Source: Octopus sinensis (lineage: Eukaryota). From it: a stretch of DNA of 14,991 nt. Under the pieces are notes generated by a model. That model did no database searches. It saw nothing but the letters and a program-made list of their open reading frames with translations, and had not been told where the DNA came from. The stretch covers positions 1 through 14,991 of the forward strand of contig NW_021825601.1 of assembly GCF_006345805.1 (NCBI RefSeq), read 5' to 3'. This document shows, in pieces, positions 9,513-14,991 of the stretch (position 1 is the first letter of the stretch; each line of letters opens with the position of its first letter). The translations under genes and the position numbers were made by a program.

Positions 9513-9959
9513 AACAGGAGTTGTAGTGTTAGTGATAATAATAACAGTAGAAGCAGCAGTAGTGGTGGTGGTCGTTATGTTGAGCGTAATAATATGGTGC
9601 CGCCGTCAAGAATATATCGCTCTCCGCTTACCGGAGTTAATTATAGACCTCCGCAACGCTGTCCTGTTATGTGAGCAGTCAAACAGTCGCTTCAGCTGGT
9701 TTTTGCTCGCCCTCCTCCGCTTCTTGCTTTCTTTTCTTTTCCTATTTTTTTTCTTTTCTGGTCTTTTATTACTTTTTTTTTTTTCGTCTTTTCTTCTGGT
9801 CCAACTAATATCAATTATTGACGAAATCCTGTTATTCGTTGTATTTAATGTGTTCTCTTTCCTCTCTCTCACTACCTATACTTCCCATTCCCGTTTTTCC
9901 CCTTCTTTTTACTTTGTCTGTGCGCTTACCTATGTATTTACATTCAACTATTCTTTTCT

Positions 9960-10026
9960 ATATACATACATACATACAAACATATATACGTATGTATGTA
10001 TGTATGTATGTATGTATGTATGTATG

Positions 10027-10057
<31 letters not shown>

Positions 10058-10112
10058 GTATATATGTATATATATACACACACACATTCATATATATATA
10101 TGTATATTTATA

Positions 10113-10148
<36 letters not shown>

Positions 10149-10363
10149 CAAATATATGTATCTATCTATCAATCTCTGTAAACATCTATATACATATATA
10201 AATATACAATTAGATACGCTCCACACAAGCATACACATATACATATATACACAATACACACGCATATATATATATATATATATCTTTATACTAAATATAT
10301 GTATTTGCATATTTTTCTATCTATCTATCTATCTATACATATGCGTGTGTGTATATATATACA

Positions 10364-10411
<48 letters not shown>

Positions 10412-10719
10412 TATATTCAAATACACACACACACAACTCACATATATGTATATTAGCGTATGCACTCTCACACACCCACGTAGACATGTGTATATTCAGT
10501 CACACACTCACGCATTTAGTTGTGAATACTGTATACATATGACTTTGTGACCACGTTGTCGGAAGTAGGATGATAAACTGCGTGTTAAAGCTGCGCTGCC
10601 TGAGAGCAGATGCCTGCATCAAGTGCTAAAGAGAGTTGGTATTATTATTTCGCATTTGATCACACCGTCCACACGCATACACACCTACATATGTCTATAC
10701 ATATACACCCACACATACA

Positions 10720-10759
<40 letters not shown>

Positions 10760-10803
10760 GTATACACATATATATACAAATGTATATATATATATGTATA
10801 TTA

Positions 10804-10854
<51 letters not shown>

Positions 10855-10857
10855 GGC

Positions 10858-10892
<35 letters not shown>

Positions 10893-10990
10893 CTCACAGA
10901 TACATACACATGCATGCATACACACGCACACACGCACACACACACATGTATATATATATACATATGTCTATATGTAGATCTATCTATCTA
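9960..10990. repeat. About 1 kb of (TACA)n/(TATG)n, (TA)n, (CA)n and (TCTA)n microsatellites with a short unique interruption near 10530-10670
   Basis: Directly visible. It is the source of the YIYIYI/VCMY ORFs in the track. Confidence 0.95.
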
Positions 10991-11232
10991 TCTATTACTT
11001 GGCATTGAAACGCCTCTCTCAAGGGATAATGGAATATTGCACAAATGGTCAGTCAGTATTTGAACTGCAGATAGTTTGTCGTGAGCAAAGCCAATGCTAT
11101 CTACCTTTTGATCTTTAATGGCCGGTATGAAGCATATATGTATGTTTAAGTGTGTGTGTGTGTGTGTGTATGAATATATGGATATATGTATGCGTGTATA
11201 TGTATATATATATATATATGTATACTAACATT

Positions 11233-11271
<39 letters not shown>

Positions 11272-11349
11272 ACGCGCGCGTCTGTGTGAAAAAATGAGCT
11301 GGAAAAGACATCAGATCCACACGAAACATGAAAGAGATCGATCACGCTT

Positions 11350-12055
11350 CTCACACAATAAGGGAATACTAACGAGATGGACTGAACAATTTTAACGACT
11401 GCTGAAAGCACCTTGAGACACAGAATCTGTGACACTAACATATAACAGCGTATCGTCAATTGAATTCTAATGGAGATGCTGAGAATTGAGGAATTGCTGC
11501 TGGAAACAATCTCCTGACTTTATCCAAATGTCCTGCGCAGCAAAACTGGTGCAAGTATTTTTACATAGTTCAACTTAGCTGCATACTAATGTAACGTCGT
11601 TCACTTTAGAACAAAAACGAGAAGCACTCTGTTGCTTGCAAGAGAACTAATATATGCGTATACCAGCGTATATATGGGTATACCAGCGCACTAATACATG
11701 CGTATAGCAGCGCCCTAGTCGTTGCGTAAAGAGGCGAAAATGGATTCGTTTCCCATTGCAAACAAATTTGATTTCGCCACTTAATATATAAAAATGACGA
11801 AATGATGTACGCTTCATGCTCCAAGGTAATACACCGACAAAGGATCTGTGTTGCAGACATTGATCTGAAAACTCTACAAGACTTGACATAACATGTCAGT
11901 ATAATAACTGATATATCGACATTAAACTACGAAATAATTCGGCAAAGGAAAGCTCGGCTTTCAGACTGATGTATTTATGGCTTGAGAATATTAATCTTCA
12001 TTTCAGCAGAATCAAGATGAAGGTCTACAGGGCAGTTGTCGTCTCCCCAAACCTG
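11350..12055 (+). mobile_element. Highly degenerate, internally deleted RTE-clade LINE remnant
   Basis: Collinear RTE-like peptides across frameshifts and stops: NKGILTRWTEQF*RLL; HFRTKTRSTLLLARELIYA (YADD region); MDSFPIANKFDFAT; KNDEMMY..RICVADIDLKTLQDLT; AKESSAFRL..W..IKMKVYRAVVVS. These match the usual RTE order (RW.EHF..LL; RELLFADD.AL; MDRF...FGLTI..KKTEVM; IAKAS.AFGRL..W..TK.KVYRAVV). Confidence 0.7.
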
Positions 12056-12254
12056 AACATGTGACGCAAACATGTGACGAAAACCTGTGCTTAATCATGA
12101 AAATTTCCTGCAGATACATGATATCATGTGAAGGAACGTGGCCAACAGGATAGGGTGTTGTACTTGAGGAAAAAGACTTCCTCTGATTTTGCTCCAGCTC
12201 ACTCAGCTATTGATGTAAAAGCTAGTCTTCTGATCAGGGGGGATGTAAGCCTAA

Positions 12255-12362
12255 TCGCTTCGACAGCGAGGTGAAATCATTCGAAAGTTAAAACGATGAG
12301 AAACGCATTGTTACCATCGATGTATAACATCGGATAGTCTGGGCGATCACATGATCACATGG
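12255..12362 (+). mobile_element. Possible internal fragment of an octopus SINE related to family C
   Basis: Resembles, from memory only, a middle segment of octopus SINE consensus sequences (..AAAACGATGAGAAACGCATTG..ATCGATG..ATCACATGATCAC). No match inside this window. Confidence 0.3.
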
Positions 12363-12704
12363 CACCATAAGCGAGGAGCAAAACCAAGGATTGCTGTGTA
12401 CAAATCATTTTCTCATTGGAAAAGTTTACACTGAATTTATAATAAAATAACACCATCCGAATGATTCTCTACGTTCAACTACGTGGTAAATGTAGTCTAC
12501 GCTGCAAGGAATCCATAAATTCTCACGAGGTATAACCATAAAGATACAAAGACACATAGGTGGAGAAATGCGGATAGGTATAATGAATGTAAATAAGTAG
12601 ACATCTGAACTGCTCAGTTTAATAGGCATACCATATATATATATTTCGTTTTGGGATTTGGTTCGCAAGATTCTTTATATGAGTTCGTGTGTTGAAGCAT
12701 ATTT

Positions 12705-12848
12705 TGTTGTGTCTGGGGAGAGTCATTTTCTTTTTGTGCCTATAATTTAACACACTCACCGGTAAAATAAGAAATAAGTGGAAATTTTACCGGTGAGTGT
12801 GTTAAATTATAAGTCACAACAAGAAAATGACTCTCCCCAGACACAACA
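12705..12848. repeat. About 64-bp inverted repeat with a 15-nt loop (foldback)
   Basis: Two perfect 28-bp paired blocks: 12705-12732 with 12821-12848 and 12741-12768 with 12784-12811. A short imperfect section lies between them. Loop 12769-12783. Confidence 0.9.
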
Positions 12849-12985
12849 GTAAGTATATATATTTGTTGTGCAAGATTTTTTATGTGAAGTCGTGTGTTGA
12901 AACAGATATTGTTATATTTCGGAATGGTCATTTTGCCAGTTTAGCCATAGACGCACATAAGTCTATATATATACATATACATACA

Positions 12986-13176
12986 GACGCAGCAATAGCT
13001 GTGTGGTAAGAAGCTTGCTCCCCCATCCACATTGTTCCCGGTTCAGTCCTATTGCGTGGCACCTTGGGCAAGTGTCTTCTACTATAGCCTCAGGCCGACC
13101 AAATCCTTGTAAGTGGATTTGGTAGACGGAAACTGAAAGAAGCCCGTCGTATAAATATATTTGTATATATATATAT

Positions 13177-13210
<34 letters not shown>

Positions 13211-13350
13211 GTAATATGTATATATATTTGTGTGTATGTGTGTCTATGACGCTTGACAACCGATGTTTTTGTATTTACGTCCCCATAACTAAGCGGTTGG
13301 GCAAATGAAACCAACACAATAAGTACTAGGCTTACAATGAATGAGTCCTA
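12986..13350 (+). mobile_element. tRNA-derived SINE family B (CORE-like), extreme 3' tail missing
   Basis: A-box TAGCTGTGTGG, B-box GGTTCAGTCC, CORE-like CCTTGGGCAAGT at about 13062, internal TA/TG microsatellite. The 3' body matches 3713-3854. Confidence 0.85.
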
Positions 13351-14159
13351 TATGCGCTGGATCAAATCTGACCAAGGGCTGAACAGCCATTTTGCCATTT
13401 TTCCTGTTTCCCATTTCAGATGCCTCTCACTTGTGACTCTTCTTTATCTTTGTCCATTCCTATAATCATAAAATTCTTTGGATATTATTACTGTCCAAAT
13501 GAATCTATTCACCATCTTGAAGCATCCTTGTTTTCATCGGTATCATCTAAAGAATCCCCACCCCCACCTCATCCAGCTTCCAACATCACGAGATTTTCGT
13601 CCTTTTCAACTCTTCTCGAACACGTTTCTTTTATAACCGACTCTCAATTCCTCCAACCATTACATTCCCGCACACCTTACACACACACACACTCAAAAAC
13701 ACATTCTGTCCCTCTATCCACACACTCTCTTTCCCTTATATATTTACACACACACACACACACCCGCTCTTCTCTCGATAAACTCTTCTTTTGTCTCTCT
13801 CACCTCTTCCTTCAATGCATCTATCGTCTCCAGTATCATTTCTTTACAACATCATTGAAACTATTCGGAACGTTTTTGTTAGAAATGTATCGTATTTTTA
13901 ATTGCTCAAAACTCGTATTATCCCCGTAAGTTTGATCAATATTTCCAGATTTAATCAATAACTGAAATATTTGGGTTGCAATTTTTCACTTTTCGTTTTT
14001 CGTGTCTTTTTTTTTTTTCATTTTGCCTTATTCTTCATTTGATTTCGTTTCTTTTTTTTTTATCATCTTCCTAACTCTAATGTTTATTTCCACACAAAGT
14101 GAAGAACCAATTCTTTGAATTCTCCATTCAGTATCTGACGCCTTTCTTTCCTTTGCAGT

Positions 14160-14300
14160 CTCTCATTTGCACCCATTTCTTTCTGTCTCTCTCTAGCTCT
14201 GTCTCTGTCTGTTTCTCTCTCTCTCTCTCTCTGCCCTCACTTTCTCTGCATTCCTTTCTGTCTTTTTTTACTTCCTCTTCCTTCTTATTATCTCTACAGC
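14160..14300. repeat. CT-rich polypyrimidine tract with (CT)n core
   Basis: Directly visible. Confidence 0.85.
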
Positions 14301-14965
14301 TACCGTCTTTTACTGATTGTTGAATATTTATTCTTCAAACGAACACTGTAGTTCAAAGTTAAATCTGCCAGTTATGTGATACAATCACAGCGTCAAAAAC
14401 GAACATTCACAGCGTTGAATAGTTTATGACTGGCCATTATGGAGATCACAACTGAATAATGAAGAAAAAAAAAAGTGGAATTTAATGTCAAAATTTGCCG
14501 GGATTCGTTACAAATATTTCTTGAATATTTACAGAACCCCATTATAGCTTTCATCATTCGATCACAAAATCTGCAGTTACTGCTGTCGAATTGTTACTGA
14601 TAAGTAGCCGTTGGTTTTGATCTTGTCGAGATGATTCACTGTAAGCAGGTAGCATATCAAAAGCTTTGAAGCGAATCACACGTTCAGCGAATTGGTTATT
14701 CAACGTGACAGTTTGTGTGGAAGTTTGTCCATTTGTAGATGTTATAAACGCGATGATATTCTTTGAATTAGGAGCAAACTGCTTTAATCTAGAGGTCATT
14801 ATTTTAAAGACTGTACATAGTTCGGGGGAAACATATTGCTGTTAAACCATCTCATTATTATTGCTGTAGTTCTTTATCCCCAGGTCAGTGTTAATCCCTC
14901 CGACAAGCAGTCAAAGACGTTCCAATCAAGGCAATCCCACCCTTTTTAATTATTTTTTAGATATA

Positions 14966-14991
14966 GGCGCAGGAGTGCTGTGTGGTAAGTA
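14966..14991 (+). mobile_element. 5' start of a family-B SINE running off the window
   Basis: GGCGCAGGAGTGCTGTGTGGTAAGTA matches the head at 12986 (GACGCAGCAATAGCTGTGTGGTAAGA). Confidence 0.7.

Noticed and set aside
9526-10542. Longest ORF in the track (338 aa) and the other YIYIYI/VCVC/LLLL/TTTT ORFs
   Set aside because: They are translations of microsatellites that lack stop codons in some frames, with no domain content.
11646-11713. CRISPR-like short direct repeats
   Set aside because: The units are contiguous with no spacers, the context is eukaryotic, and there are no cas genes.
13395-13929. Strong-looking acceptor (TTTTCCTGTTTCCCATTTCAG at 13419) followed by a 169-aa ORF
   Set aside because: The ORF is S/H/T/L-rich low complexity from CT and CA repeats, and the other frames stop within 15 codons. 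It could be a terminal exon but there is no support.

Overview
AT-rich, repeat-dense eukaryotic non-coding DNA (intron or intergenic). It is most likely from an octopus: the SINE families resemble octopus tRNA-derived SINEs as I recall them, which is an inference, not a database result. No host protein-coding exon can be supported, and nearly all listed ORFs are microsatellite artefacts. The window holds about 11 copies or fragments of three tRNA-derived SINE families (two with clear target-site duplications), two dead RTE-clade LINE reverse-transcriptase fragments, extensive microsatellites and two long inverted repeats. The most interesting element is at 7714-8253. It is a palindrome of two back-to-back tRNA-like Pol III heads separated by 4 nt. 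Each head leads through a trinucleotide spacer into a tail with a minimal type I hammerhead-ribozyme motif of the Penelope-like-element kind. The right arm has the full fold but a core G8->A change. The left arm has an intact CUGAUGA core but is truncated.
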